Part shown: one piece after another, positions 1 to 12,285 of the stretch
How positions within the stretch are numbered: position 1 is the stretch's first letter
Layout: every line of letters begins with the position of its first letter
From: Chiloscyllium plagiosum
Taxonomy: Eukaryota
Reading direction: 5' to 3'
Length of the DNA: 62,930 nucleotides
Assembly: GCF_004010195.1 (NCBI RefSeq)
Contig: NC_057716.1
Span: forward strand, 10,717,618 to 10,780,547
Notes under the pieces: model-generated
What the model saw: the letters and a program-made list of their open reading frames with translations, nothing else
Databases searched by the model: none
Told to the model about the DNA's origin: nothing
Made by a program: the position numbers and the translations under genes

Positions 1-254
1 TTGCTCAGAAATCCCTCCGTTAAGAATAAATGCCGACAAATAAAAAAGTTAGCGTGAAAAAAAGTAAAATGTTGTTTAGTTTACGTTTTAGTTTCTCATA
101 TTGATTTCTTTTAAAATTGCAGTGGCCACTTTGTATCTCATTTCAAAACTGAGATCAATTGAGTGCTAAATAAATACAAAATACCTTGCACATCTGGCAA
201 GTTTACAGACTCATTCTTAACAAGGTACACCCATCAGTTTTTTTTTATTATTAT

Positions 255-394
255 TATTACTTACAGTGTGGAAACAGGCCCTTCGGCCAAACTCCACACA
301 GTCAGTCGCCTGAGGTGGGAATTGAACCCGGGTCTCTGGCACTGTGAGGCAGCAGTGCTAACCACTGTGCCACCGTACCGCCCGTGCCGTGCCG
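255..394 (-). mobile_element. tRNA-derived SINE (HE1/V-SINE type), internally deleted
   Basis: The tRNA-like head (ggcacggtggcacagtggttagc...gggttcaattcc on -) is joined directly to the CR1-like tail; the central body is missing. Confidence 0.8.
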
Positions 395-3300
395 TGAAAA
401 GGTCAACTTGCCATCTCTATACATAACCATCTCGTGTTTTAGTTGATTACAAGTTCAATTAGAAATGCTTTTCTCGCATCTAGGTAATTTATTCAGTCTG
501 TGAACTGAACCCTGTTTGCCAGCAGTCCACGATTGTGCTTCTGTGCTGATGTACAAAGCTTACACTTAATGCATGAAAAATTTTGGCAAACATTCCAGCT
601 GTGACCAGCAACATTTCATTCTGCTTCATTCCACTTTTTTGTAGTCAGTATAAAGACTGATGGTGAACAATGTTATGGCTATAATCTAATATATGACAAA
701 ACCAAAAACAGAACACTCAAACTTTCATTTATCTTTGTGATATTGTTATTAATGATTTCATACAAACTAAAATGCATAACATTGAGATGAGCATGCATGC
801 TTTAATAATGGAACTATGTACATTTTGGATTCTTGTGCACTCGAGCAATATATAAAAGCAAAACACCACAGACGCTGAGTGTCTGAAATAGAAACAGAAC
901 AAACACAAGCTTGGGGACATGGAGGAAGGGGTGGGGGTGGTGTGGGTAACATGGAGCTCGCACTCCTGGTTGGAAGCACCAGTTGGCTGGGCATGATCCA
1001 TTCTGGGCACAATGGCAGAACAGAAGGCTGATTGGGGTAGTGCCAAATTGGAATGCAGTGGGCCAAAGGTGAGTTCAGGGAGGACAGAAACCTCCTGTGG
1101 TGAAAACGATGACTCATACATCTCCTCCATCCCATCCCACACACTGCATAGAACCAACTGAACCTTATAGCGACACTAGAATGTCTAAAAATGATTTTTA
1201 AACTGTCATTTTCTCATTACTTTCTTCCAAGTTAAAAAAGGTCTTTTTTGTGCAGGGCCAATACAAGTGTCAATCATCCACATCCTTTATAGTATCAAAA
1301 AAATAGAAACTACAGGGTCCTGAAACTGCAGAATCTTGTTTACACAAGAATGTGCCATTGACAACAGAGACCTGAGCACTAGAGTAGTCAATCAACCAAT
1401 GAGGATAGTTGTTTCGACAGTCTAATGGTTACCTGGATTTTTAGTTCAGCCTCATTATGCACTATGTTGAAACATCTGAACCCCATTGTAATACTTTGAG
1501 TGACACTTTAAAATAAAATTCCTATACTCAATCTTCTGAGCCTAATTGAATGAATCTCTATAATAAGGCACTTCCCCAGTTAATACTTGATCTTTAACAT
1601 CCACATGCCTTGTTTCTTTGAATGGGAAGCCCATCCTCACCACCATTGTGCTAGATATTTTCTTCTGCCTGCCCTAGCAGCATCATTTGGAGGTCTTTTT
1701 CCCCAGTCTCTTAGCCTGACTGACTGAGAATTTGTAAGTCTCTACCCAGGAAAAGTCAGCTGCCTTGTCCTGTGTCCTAAGGTGTTAAAATTTGCACCTA
1801 ACATTCAATAAGACTTGATTTGAATTTCTGTCCTCGTAACCAACAGGTTACACGGGTTTGTGTCTGTACTGATTTAGTATGACCTCACGTGCTTGCCTTC
1901 AGGTAGATTTCACTGGAAGTAACATATTACACTCCAAACTGCTCCATTTCAACACAGTTTGTAAAGTCCAGCATTTAGAACAGATAATACTGCAAAGAAA
2001 TGTTAAAATATCCCCCCTTAAACAGCATTTCTCAACTCAGAGTGATGCCCATGTGATTCCATTACCAGGGCAGAGGAACTCACATACAAACTCATTGACA
2101 CATGATGACCTTTGACCCAGACAGCTGGAAAATGTTCATACCTTTATATATTTGGCAAATTTGTTTTTGTAATTGTTTTCGTAAGTGCTTGAATGTGACT
2201 CTGAAGAGTTTGAACCAATTCTAAAGATATAAATGGTAAGTTCCAAGTAATAGGTACACATAGACCCAAATCTTCTGAAGTGAATCCCCTTACATTGCTG
2301 AAGTCCCCAGAACTCTGAGGACACCCTGATATCCATCGTTCCTCTGCACTTTGATGCAATGTTTGATCTTATTGATTGCTGATTTAATCTTGCCTGGCCA
2401 GCTCTGTGATTCCTATAGCAGTAACCTTGAATGGATAGGACCAAGCCCAACTTGGGCAGTTTGCATTGTACCACATCTATTTTTTATAAGGAATTAATTC
2501 CCGATTTTCAGAGCACATATAAGGCCAGTGAAATTCAAAGCAAATTAACAAGTTTCAAAAGACTCCGGTACCCACTGGAGTCAATGCAGGTAATGTTCAC
2601 CCGACTCTTGCATCAAATAGAGCTCACCCCAGACCCCGCACCATCAACAGTGCTCACTCCATACCTACACGCACTTGCCCACATACTTTCTGGAAACCCT
2701 GTCCAGCTGTTGGTAAGATCCAGCATTGTGAGGAAGTCAAGGGGGGCAAGGAATTGAGCATTTTTGCCTTTTTGTGGGGTGGGGATGAGTAGGGTTAATC
2801 GAGGGACATAAACTGCGTCAAGGGTCGGGGGTTGAAGGGAGAGGAGCATTGGCAGATTGTTAAGGGATGAGGACAATGGGGATTCTTGAGGCATATTGGG
2901 ATGAACATTGTTGAGGTGAGGGAGCAGAAGCTCTCGGGGTTGAAGGAGGGGATGAACACTCCTGTGGGGTAAGAGGTGCGAAAATTCTCAGGGATGGTGC
3001 AATTGATAATTTGGGTGATAACAGCAAGGGTTGGTCACTGTCAGCAGTTGAAGGAGAGGATGAAGTCTCATGAAGAATGAAAGGGGATGAGCATTGTCAG
3101 GGTGAGGGAGGTGGTCAATTGTTGGGTCTGCAGTAGGGTAAACACTCTCTGGAAAGTGAGATTGGGAGAATGAACATTTTCATGGAAGTGAAGGTGAGTT
3201 ACTTCTGCTAGCAGGAGTGAAGGGAGCTAAACACTGTTGTGGACTGTAGGAGGGGTGTCAATGCTACTGAGGGGTGGAGGTGTGGAGGTCTGGAGGGGTG

Positions 3301-3664
3301 GAGGAGTGGTGAGTTGAGCACTCTTGGGTCTAACGGAGGAGGAGGCGCAGAGTCGGGAGTGGGGAGAATACTGTTAGGAGTATAAGAGGTAAGCAGTGTC
3401 ATTGAGGTAGTGTGCATTTTTGGAGGTGGTCACCTTGCCTTCCAACTCTGTTCATCCCCCCATGCCTGTTGTAGTTGGCTTTGGAAGTTTCAATGTGAAA
3501 TGGTAATTGGGCAGATTAAATTGGATGCACTTTCTCCGACATTGGACTGTCTTAATTCTTAGAATCATAGACAAGTTCAGGACAAGTTTTACTTGATACT
3601 GCCTCTAAATGGGGATTAAATGCAGGAGCGCAGAGAAAAAAATGTTGAGATATACAGAATAGTT

Positions 3665-3963
3665 TGGAATCATAAAATCCCTACAAAGTGAAAGCAAGCC
3701 TTCCAAAGAGCATCCCACACAGATCCACCCCTCTACCTGTATTTTCCATGACGAATCCACCTAGCCTGTACATACCTGGACACTACAGACAGTTTAGCAC
3801 AGCCAATCCCCTAACCTGCGTATCTTTGGGCTGTGGGAGGAAACCAGAGCAAATCCATGTAAACACAGGAAGATCATACAAACTCCACACCAACAGTTGC
3901 TCAAGGGTGGAATTGAGCCTGGATCCCTGGTTCTGTGAGACAGCAGAGCTAACCACTGGGCCC
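3665..3963 (-). mobile_element. HE1/V-SINE-type SINE, diverged
   Basis: Aligns by eye to the other SINE copies (ctgtgggaggaaaccagagc, aactccacac, ctaaccactg). Confidence 0.75.
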
Positions 3964-4309
3964 CTGTGTTGGACTTTCATGATAATGTTCTTTATTATCT
4001 ATGTACACTGAATAACTTACAAATGATTGGGCGTGCATTCTTTTCTGATAAGGGGAATTTGAGGCAAAATACCATTGAACATGATGGTTTGCCATCCTGA
4101 TGTGACCTCTGATGCCATATTATGGAAATAAAGTTTCATGCAATAGCCATTTTCATACCGTGTTAAAAAGTAAGGACCTCACCTAATTTTAATTTTATTT
4201 AGTTCAGGCTGTCTTTGCCAAATTCTGCCAGAGACTCTACCCTCAGGGATGAAGAGCACCTAAAAATAACAAGGGTGTGATTCGACCCTTCAGTTCCTGA
4301 CCTGTTTCT

Positions 4310-4560
4310 GGCTCCATTGTAATGATCTGAGTTGATGGTAATGTGAACAAGTCAGATCCCAGAGTGAAACTGGGTTTGATAGATCTTACATTCTTTTTGC
4401 AGCTGGTAACTGTGATTGTTATTTACTGAACATGTGCACAAGTCTTCTCTAATGAAAGAATACAAATTTATCACACAAAAGGAGAAACAAAGCAAACCTT
4501 GCCAGATAATGATATGACAATTTGGAAAGATCTGAGCATAAGTAGCAAAGTTTCAGCCTA
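4310..4560 (-). mobile_element. Possible LTR remnant
   Basis: The terminus tgtgaacaagtcagatccc loosely resembles the end of the solo LTR at 18285 (tgttatggaccaggccagacccc). Boundaries are uncertain. Confidence 0.3.
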
Positions 4561-6804
4561 ATTCCAAACACTCCCTTTTTGGATATTTAATCCTGGGTAA
4601 ATAACTCTTTAATTGCTGAGTTAACTGACTCTTCCCAATTATCATCCTTGGGTTGCTGATACAGTTTTTATGACTTCTTTCCAAGCTTGCTGCCTGAACC
4701 TTTTTCAATTCTGCCCAGTTGTAAACTTTACTACGAATGCATGAAGTTTGCCAACTTCATAAACTGACATCCTTCTACTAAGGTGATTGATGCTCCTGAA
4801 CTGAAAATTTGATTCTGTGGCTATGAGAAACCTGTTCTTCTTTTTGAGCTGGACTCCCGATTCTTTAGAATGATGGTTAAACTAATGGCCTCCGATCTGT
4901 TTTCTCTGCCTACCATAAAGACAGCAGTAAAACATCCCATCCACTAACATCATTGGTGTCCCGCTAAATATTTAACAGCTGTTTTGGTATTTATGGGTCA
5001 AAGTTACTGTTCCAAGTTATTTCCTGGCCTTTTTTGAAGAAAAAAGCAGTGATCATTACAAATCTGAAACTACGCATCAGCCTCTATTTCAAAATCAAAA
5101 ATCCAAAAATGATAAAATTTTGCACGTTTGTCACATCATTAATACCCTGTTTTGGATCTCAAATTGGATATAAAAATCAACTTCATAATATCCTAATAAC
5201 TCTGCATGAAACAGAAACCCTTTTTGGTAATACCCTTAAAATTTTGCCCTTATTTTAGCTATTTGCTGGTCACAAGTTTCACAGCTTTACCTCATCAAAC
5301 TTCTCATTTTTTTGAAGATTTTTATTGAAGGAGAATAAACTAAGCACTAGTGACACCTTGTGGATGAATGAAGACAAACTGGAACAGGGAAGAAATGTCC
5401 AGAATCTCCAAAATACCAGACAGGGACCTGATTTCTTTTCAAGTGTTGCAAACACCAGCTAAGAGCTTGGGGTAATTGAATCCCTTCTGGTTCTGGTATA
5501 AGGAAGAGTATACAGCATCTCGCATGTGCGATCAAAAAACAATGTGAATGCAATCAATGAATAAGGCAGCCTGCAGTCATAACCAAGCCACCTGCTTGCT
5601 TTTTTGCAGCATGAGGTTTGTGATAGATGAGATTTACTTAGCTCTCTTTGAATCGAAAGCCTCAGTGCAACAGTGGGTGGCAAGCTATAAGACAGTCCAA
5701 ATATCTCCAGCTACAGCCTGCGAAACATATATAGTCACCGACACCTTCATAGGCAATGCTATCCTTTCCCAAGTGTGACCTTGCAGTTATAGATGCAGCA
5801 GTTGGCAGATTTCAAGCAGAAGTCTTGAGTGAAACATCGACATCTAACAAATTGTCCTTTACTAGGTTTCGGGTCAGAGAATTGTCCTTTGAATACTCTG
5901 AGTTCGTCCGGACCCTTGCTGAGAATCTTGCTGTCGCTCCTCTTCCTCCCTCTTCCAGCCGTTTATTCAGCTCCGTGGGCCCTCTACTTATTCTGCCAAT
6001 CATGCTGTATTCAAAGGAGAGTGCCAAAGAGTTGAACCCAAGTTTGGGAATAACTGAAAGCAAAATACAGTGGATGCAGGAAATGGTTTGTGCAGCAGCC
6101 CTTAGGTCAGTAGAAAATCTGACACCACTTGCAGCATAACTCATTGTAGGTGTTGAATCTGGAAATAACTAGGACATCACCAAATATTTTTTAGAATTGC
6201 AGCCAGAAAATAATAACCAATGGTGAATGATACCTTTCTGTTATTTAATCTCGTGTTCTCCTGAGAATAAGAGAAGGTGTTGATAGAACTTTGAGCTCTG
6301 AAATGACACTACTAGCATCAAATTTGAGTCACATTTTAATAAAACATTATGATCGGCCTGCATTGCATATAGATTTTAAAAAGATTTTAGCTACATACAT
6401 GCAATGCTTTCAGCAAGGTGTTTTCAAGTGTAGTCCATTGCAAAAGAGTATAAGTGGCATCAAGAAAGTATAAGACTCTGTTATAATGACTACTTAATAT
6501 CTGACTAATAATATCTTAATTTATGATCTGACAATGTACTTATGTGGTCCTTTCATGATAAGCTCATGGTACTTTAACTAAACATGATCAAAAAGCCATC
6601 TATCTGAATAGCTGGTTGAATGAATAGTTGCTGGCTTGAAAAAAAGATCTGGTGCACAATCTTATGTTGCTATGTATTTTCTCATTTTCAATATGATGGG
6701 GGATTTATTTCTCAAAAATTATCCTAGTTTCAAGATCATAGCATGTCTAGAATAGCAGAGGCATACAAATGCAATCCAAGAAAATCAGTTCTGATGCTAG
6801 CACT

Positions 6805-6810
6805 TTTATT
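6805..6810 (-). terminator. Polyadenylation signal, copy 1
   Basis: AATAAA about 50 nt after the stop codon, at the same position in copies 1-4. Confidence 0.7.
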
Positions 6811-6858
6811 ATGTTTCAGAATATATCACCATGACAAAATGTAGCTCTCAACAAGGAA

Positions 6859-9690
6859 TTAGAAATCCCTCATGCGCCTGAAAGATCCGACGGTTGAGCT
6901 GTAGCCTCCCCAGTCACTGTATCTCCTGTATTCACCAGGTCTCATGAAGTACTGTCGCCCTTTGTAGTTGGGATGTTCATAGAAGATCCAGTAACCGTCC
7001 ATCACATGGCAGGAGTGGATGTCACGGTAACGGAAACGATCGTAGACAGATGGACAGTCATCCATGAATTCCATCATCTGTCCTCCAAAGTCAGGCCTCT
7101 CGTAAACCTTTATTCTATAGGAGCCTCCACGGTACTGCAATGTAAAATATAGAAGGTACATGAAATCACAATAAATATATCTGGGTATATATTGAGGAAG
7201 ATTCCAAGATGGAGTACTTTACTTGGCATGTACCAATGATTTTGACTTTGACGTACTGGGCGCAAATTCAAAATTGACAGGTTATTCAAAACATGAAGAA
7301 TAATGAACTGTGAGGAGGTCAGCATGGACTTTAAAAGGATATAGACAGTCTAGTGGAATGTGTGGACATGTGTCATGCAGCACTTAAAACAACAAATTGA
7401 TACACTTTGGTAGGGAGAATGAAGGAAATCAATAAACATTAAAAGATGTAATTTTAGAGCTGAGTGCAGAAACTGGGAATCTTAGGAGCATACATGCAGA
7501 AATTGTGGGAGCAGGGAAGTTTGAAAAATGCATGTAGAACTCTGGACTTTATAAATGGAGTATAAAGGCAAGGAAGTTCAGATGAAGTTTTATCAAACAT
7601 TGGCTTGACCTCAACTACTCAGCCGGAGCTTTGGGCAGAATTTTGTCAATCACATGTATGGCTCAACATCACCTGAGGAATGTAAAGGGGTCCTGAAGAA
7701 GGGTTACACCCCAAACGTCGACTTCTGCACCTCCTGATTCTGCCTGGCTTGCTGAGTTCTTCCAGCCTCCTGCCAGTCTAATCAACATTAGCTGGATCCT
7801 GTGTTGTTGGCATACATAGGTGACTAGCGGGACTGCCCTCTCAATTACAGATGTGGTAGCTTAATAAGTGGTTACTGCCAGGATTGCTTTCCTGTTCAGA
7901 TAGCACGCTGCCCTTGACAGTTGCCTGACAAATCCTTACTTAAAAAAAAATTCCTGAGGGCTGCTCTCAGATGCTGCTTCCATTTAGCTCGATGCTCCTT
8001 ACATAGCAGAGCTGTTGGAAAAAGACTTGATAAAATGATCCTTAAAGATATCTTTGCCTGTACAAATCCAATGTTTGAATTCACCAAATTTCTGTTATGG
8101 TGGGAAATGGACAGTAAGTAAATCTGACTTGGCCTCCTGTATTTTTAACCAGCTGATCTACTCCCTTCCTGCTTCTTAGGTGCCTGTACAATTTTCCCAA
8201 TGTGTTCAATTCTAGGTATCACTGTTTGGGAAGGATGTGAAAGCTTTATAGGAGCTGTAATTGTTGTTTTATAGTATCTGTTCCAGAGATGAGGAGCTTC
8301 AGTTAAGTTGATAGATTCGAGACACTGAGATTCACTTAGAGAAGAGAACTTTGAAAGAGATTTTGTAGAGCTGTTCATAATCAGCAAGTACTATGACAAA
8401 TGTCATTAATAGGTCAAGATCCCAGCAGGGTAAAGTAAGATTCAGATCTAATTACAATGGTAGCACGACTGAACAGCTCTTCAACTCTCCCTGTCTCAAT
8501 AAAAAATTCAACAACAATCCTTTCAGCAAAAGATTGTAGGACTGACCGTGTATAAGGGACAGTTCCCTAGCTGTACTGTCTATACAATATTTGTAAAATC
8601 TTTACTTGCACCCTGGTCAAATCCATCAAAAGTTACAGAGGTGTACCAGGAGCACAATCAGTAGTTCTGTAGTATTCATGCATTAGAATTATTGTGTACT
8701 TATTGCAAGTTAGTGACTAATTAGAAACATGTCAAGACAGTACAGACAAAGTTCTTTGTACCATCCTCCATGATCTTGCTATTTTTAACATTTTTCAAAT
8801 ATATGAAATAACGTATAACAGAATAACTCAGTTCTGGATTTGTTACACATGATTGTAAAAGGCAGTGAGAATAATTAGTATAAGGTTACACGATTAATCA
8901 AGGGAATCGAAATAGATTGCATAACAAGGCAATAAATTACTGATGGGCAACAGCAAACGTAAATGACATCAGAAAATGATTTTAGATTAGATTACTTACA
9001 GTGTGGAAGTGGGCCCTTTGGCCCAACAAGTCCACACCGACCCTCCGAAGAGCAACCCACCCAGACCCATTCCCATATATTTATCCCTTCACCTAACACT
9101 AAGGGCAATTTAGCATGACCAATCCACCTAACCTGCACATCTTTGGACTGTGGGAGGAAACTGGAGCACCCGGAGGAAACCCACGCAGACACGGGGAGAA
9201 TGTGCAAACTCCACACAGACAGTTGCCCGAGGCGGGAATTGAACTCGGGTCCCTGGCGCTGTGAGGCAGCAGTGCTAACCACTGTGCCACCGTGCCGCCA
9301 AAACTTGACACTTAGTAAGTAATAGTTTCTTACTTGTGGGTAACTGCGACATGACCTGACACAGTCATTGAATCCCATCCAGCGCTGGTAGTCAGGGTAC
9401 TCTCCCCTGGTCAGAATATACTGGTATCCCATGTAATTGGGTTTCTCATACAGCACCCACCAGTCACTGTCAACACGGATGGAGTTACAGCGGCTGAAGT
9501 AAGGGGACAGGTCAGCACAGTCACTGCTGCACTCATAGTGCCGCCCCTGGAAGTTCCTGTCCTCGTAAAAGATGATCTGTGGGAATAAAATAACATAGTT
9601 GAATTGGTAATTTCCCAACTTTGATATATTTTATAATATAACATTATTTACAAATGTGAAAAGTTTAAAAGTTGATCTTACCTTGCCCAT
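6859..9690 (-). CDS. cryg: Gamma-crystallin copy 1 (shark gamma-S1-like), 175 aa; join(9682-9690, 9334-9576, 6859-7134)
   Basis: Exon 1 ATGGGCAAG|GTAAG. Exon 2 is 243 nt, AG|[23 protein letters not shown]...RSCRSYPQ|GTAAG. Exon 3 is 276 nt, AG|[18 protein letters not shown]...[12 protein letters not shown]. Four Greek-key motifs, the four conserved Trp, phase-0 GT-AG introns. Confidence 0.96.
7230..7630 (+). mobile_element. Degraded CR1 LINE RT fragment in intron 2 of copy 1
   Basis: Remnant of the NDLD...SKF region, with downstream similarity to other CR1 pieces and to 21555-22170. Confidence 0.55.
7690..7780 (+). mobile_element. Penelope-derived short element
   Basis: cctgaagaagggttacaccccaaacgtcg...ctgcctggcttgctgagttcttccagc matches the Penelope-like 3' terminus. 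Confidence 0.6.
8982..9299 (-). mobile_element. Full-length HE1/V-SINE-type SINE in intron 2 of copy 1
   Basis: A/B-box tRNA-like head, conserved body, CR1-like tail and (TCTAA)n end. Confidence 0.9.
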
Positions 9691-9747
9691 TTTGAGCGTC
9701 ACAGCTAGTTCAACCACCTGGATGTAGCACTGTTCTGTACAACTCGA

Positions 9748-9945
9748 TATTTATACACTGGACTAAAATGCCACTGCAGGGAATACTTTTGTTATTCTAA
9801 TGGTCTCAACAGCGTATATCAGCAAAATGGCAAATTAGAAAAAAAGAACTCTAGAGTCATTCCAGCCAAAATCCCCTTATTCAGGTTTATAGATGGGGCA
9901 CTGATTCTTCTCATTCTGCTTTGATGCTGTTTTAATTGTTCGTGA
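9748..9945 (-). promoter_or_regulatory. Copy 1 proximal promoter: TATA box, SOX-like sites, AT-rich half-MARE
   Basis: TATAAATA at 9748-9755, AACAAAA at 9787-9793, TTTTGCTGA (tcagca 9819-9824) and an upstream block conserved in copies 2 and 3. Maf and Sox control of gamma-crystallin promoters is established knowledge. Confidence 0.7.
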
Positions 9946-9987
9946 AAAAAATGCAAAAGCCTGGAATGCAAAGTGCATTAATGTTGA

Positions 9988-10114
9988 AAGTGAGGACTGC
10001 AGATGCTGGAGATCAGAGCTGCAAAATGTGTTGCTGGAAAAGCGCAGCAGGTCAGGCAGCATCCAAGGAGCAGGAGAATCGACGTTTCGGGCACAAGCCA
10101 GAAACACATTTTTC
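9988..10114 (-). mobile_element. Penelope-derived mini-element with 14-bp TSD
   Basis: TSD tgcattaatgttga at 9974-9987 and 10115-10128; near-identical to 26227-26360. Confidence 0.8.
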
Positions 10115-11124
10115 TGCATTAATGTTGAGTCTAGTGAAGATATTACAGTTCAAATTGGGCACCACAGGGCATTGGTTAACTTAATTGGCTGGGCAGCTGG
10201 TTTGTGACGCAGAATGATGCCAACAGAGTGGTTTCAAGTCCTTTACCAGCTGAGATCCCCATGAAGATTCTGCCTTCTGAATCTTGTCCCTTACTTGAGG
10301 TAGGGTGACCGTCATGTTAAGCCCATCACCAAGTGTCTCTCCAGTGAGACAACAGCCCTATCATCCTCTGGTGCTGTAATGGCTTGACTTAATTTATTAG
10401 TTGCAACACCAAAGCCTCTTCTAGTACAATGCACTAATCCCTGTTGGCTGAGGTGCAATAGTATTGACTTCCCTTATGTACGCAACATATAGACAGCTCA
10501 TGATATCAGTCATTGATTTGATGCTGGCATGACTTACAATCTGCCATTTTTGAGTTTGAAAACTTTTTAAGGCCCTCTCTTAAACACAGACAGCTTCAGA
10601 TGCTTTCAGTGACACAATTGACTCTTCAGCCTTGCTATTTGAGGCCTCACCAACCCAGCACCGGGTGAGATGCGTTTGATTTTCTATTTGTTGCAGCTGT
10701 GCCAAGGTAGCATTGCATTCCTGAAGGATCAATGGAGATTCTTCTAGTAAGAAGCATGTGCTGCTGGGACATTGGAGGGACGGTATTGCTTGGAGAGGCT
10801 TCTGAGTTTGTCACATGCAGCCATCATGTAACATCAGAGAAATTCCCTTTCTTTTACAGCACTAAAGGCAGAAAGGGCAGTGTGTTGCCTGGTCACTTCC
10901 CTCAACAACAGTTATTGGCTAGGTACAAGGAGTACAAGAGTCAAGTCTGTATCAACTAAGCACTACTTTTACTAATTTAGTTCAAACTGACATACAAATT
11001 ACACCATTTGGCTAGAAAAAGGTTAACAGCAAGCCTGGAATTCATAAAATTCAGTGCAAACCCACAATGCTTGACGTTCCCGTAATAGTCAACAAAAATA
11101 AAAGCTAACGAAAGCTGAAATAAA

Positions 11125-12285
11125 ATCCGGACGAATGTGAGGTGATGCATTTGGAGGGTTAAGTACAGGTGAAATCATACAGTGAACAGCCAAACAGTTA
11201 AGAGTATCGACATGCAGAGAGATCTGGGTGTGCATCTGCACAGATCACTGAAGGCGGCAGCATAGGTAAGTAAAGTAGGAAAAAAGGCTCATGCCTTCAT
11301 TGGAAGGGCATTGAGTATAAGGATAGGCAAGTTATGCTGCAGCTTTATAGAACTTTAGTTAGGCCACAGTTGGAATATTGCATACAGTTCTGGTCACCAC
11401 ACTACCAGAAGGATGTGGATGCTTTGGAGAGGGTACAGAAAAGGTTTACCAGGATGTTGTTTGGTATGGGGGATTTTAGCTATGATGAAAGGGTGATAGA
11501 CTGGATTTGTTTTCAATGGAACATAGAAGGTTGAGGGGCGACCTGATGGAAGTTTATAAGATTGTGAATGGCATGGATGGAGTGGAAAGTATGAGGCTTT
11601 TTCTTAGGGTGGAGGGGTCAGTTAAGAAGGGACACAGGTTCAAGGTGCAAATGGGGGACAGCTTAAAAGTGGGCGGCACGATGGTACAGTGGGCGGCACG
11701 GTGACACAGTGGGCGGCACGGTGGCACAGTGGTTAGCAATGTTGACTCACAGTGCCAGAGACCCAGGGTTCAATGCCCGCCTCAGGCGACTGACTGCGTG
11801 GAGTTTGCGCATTCTCCCTGTGTCTGTGTGGGTTTCCTCCGGGTGGTCCGGTTTTATCCCACAGTCCAAAAATGTGCAGGTTAGGTGAATTGGCCATGCT
11901 GAATTGCCCTAGTGTTAGGTGAAAGGGTAAATGTAGGAGAATGGGTCTGGGTGGGTTGCTCTTCGGAGGGTCGGTGTGGACTTGTTGGGCTGAAGGGCCT
12001 GTTTCCACACTGTAAGTAATCTAATCTAATCTAAACTCAGACGCGCAAGTCATGTTTTTCAGACAAGGTTGTTGAGTACCTGGAACATGCTGCTAGTGGA
12101 GGTGGTGGAAGCAGACACAAAGGCAGCATTCAAGAAGCACCTGGACAAATACATGAATAAGAAGAGAATAGAGGGATATGGATCCTGTAAATGAACACAG
12201 TTTTAGTATGGAAGGGCAAAATGTGTTGGTGCAGGCTTGGAGGGCCGAAGGACCTGTTCCTCTGCTGCATTGTTCTTTGTTCTAA
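11125..12285 (+). mobile_element. CR1/HER1-type LINE 3' fragment interrupted by a SINE
   Basis: MLQLYRTLVRPQLEYCIQFWSPHYQKDVDALERVQKRFTRM and RRLRGDLMEVYKI are CR1 ORF2 C-terminal motifs. Confidence 0.9.
11671..12034 (+). mobile_element. HE1/V-SINE-type SINE with triplicated 20-nt head
   Basis: Three gggcggcacgRtgRYacagt units, then a full SINE body and a (ctaat)n tail. Confidence 0.9.

Noticed and set aside
729-1157. 142-aa minus-strand ORF as a gene
   Set aside because: No recognisable domain or exon structure; it runs into AT-rich sequence.
5460-6139. Copia element or neighbouring-gene exon as a firm feature
   Set aside because: Only faint motif resemblance, with no catalytic YVDD-type motif or recognisable protein match; kept as a low-interest finding.
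8992-9618. 208-aa ORF as a novel crystallin-fusion protein
   Set aside because: It is exon 2 read through its GT donor into an intronic SINE; the canonical 243-nt exon boundaries are present.
6859-9690. Orthology to mammalian CRYGS or to a specific CRYGA-F gene
   Set aside because: Exon 1 encodes only MGK (no gamma-S N-terminal arm), and homogenised paralogs cannot be assigned without a phylogeny.
11671-11730. CRISPR-like repeat array
   Set aside because: Directly tandem units with no spacers, in a vertebrate context.
11711-11785. tRNA genes
   Set aside because: The A/B-box regions are SINE heads followed by SINE body and tail; no stand-alone tRNA was seen.
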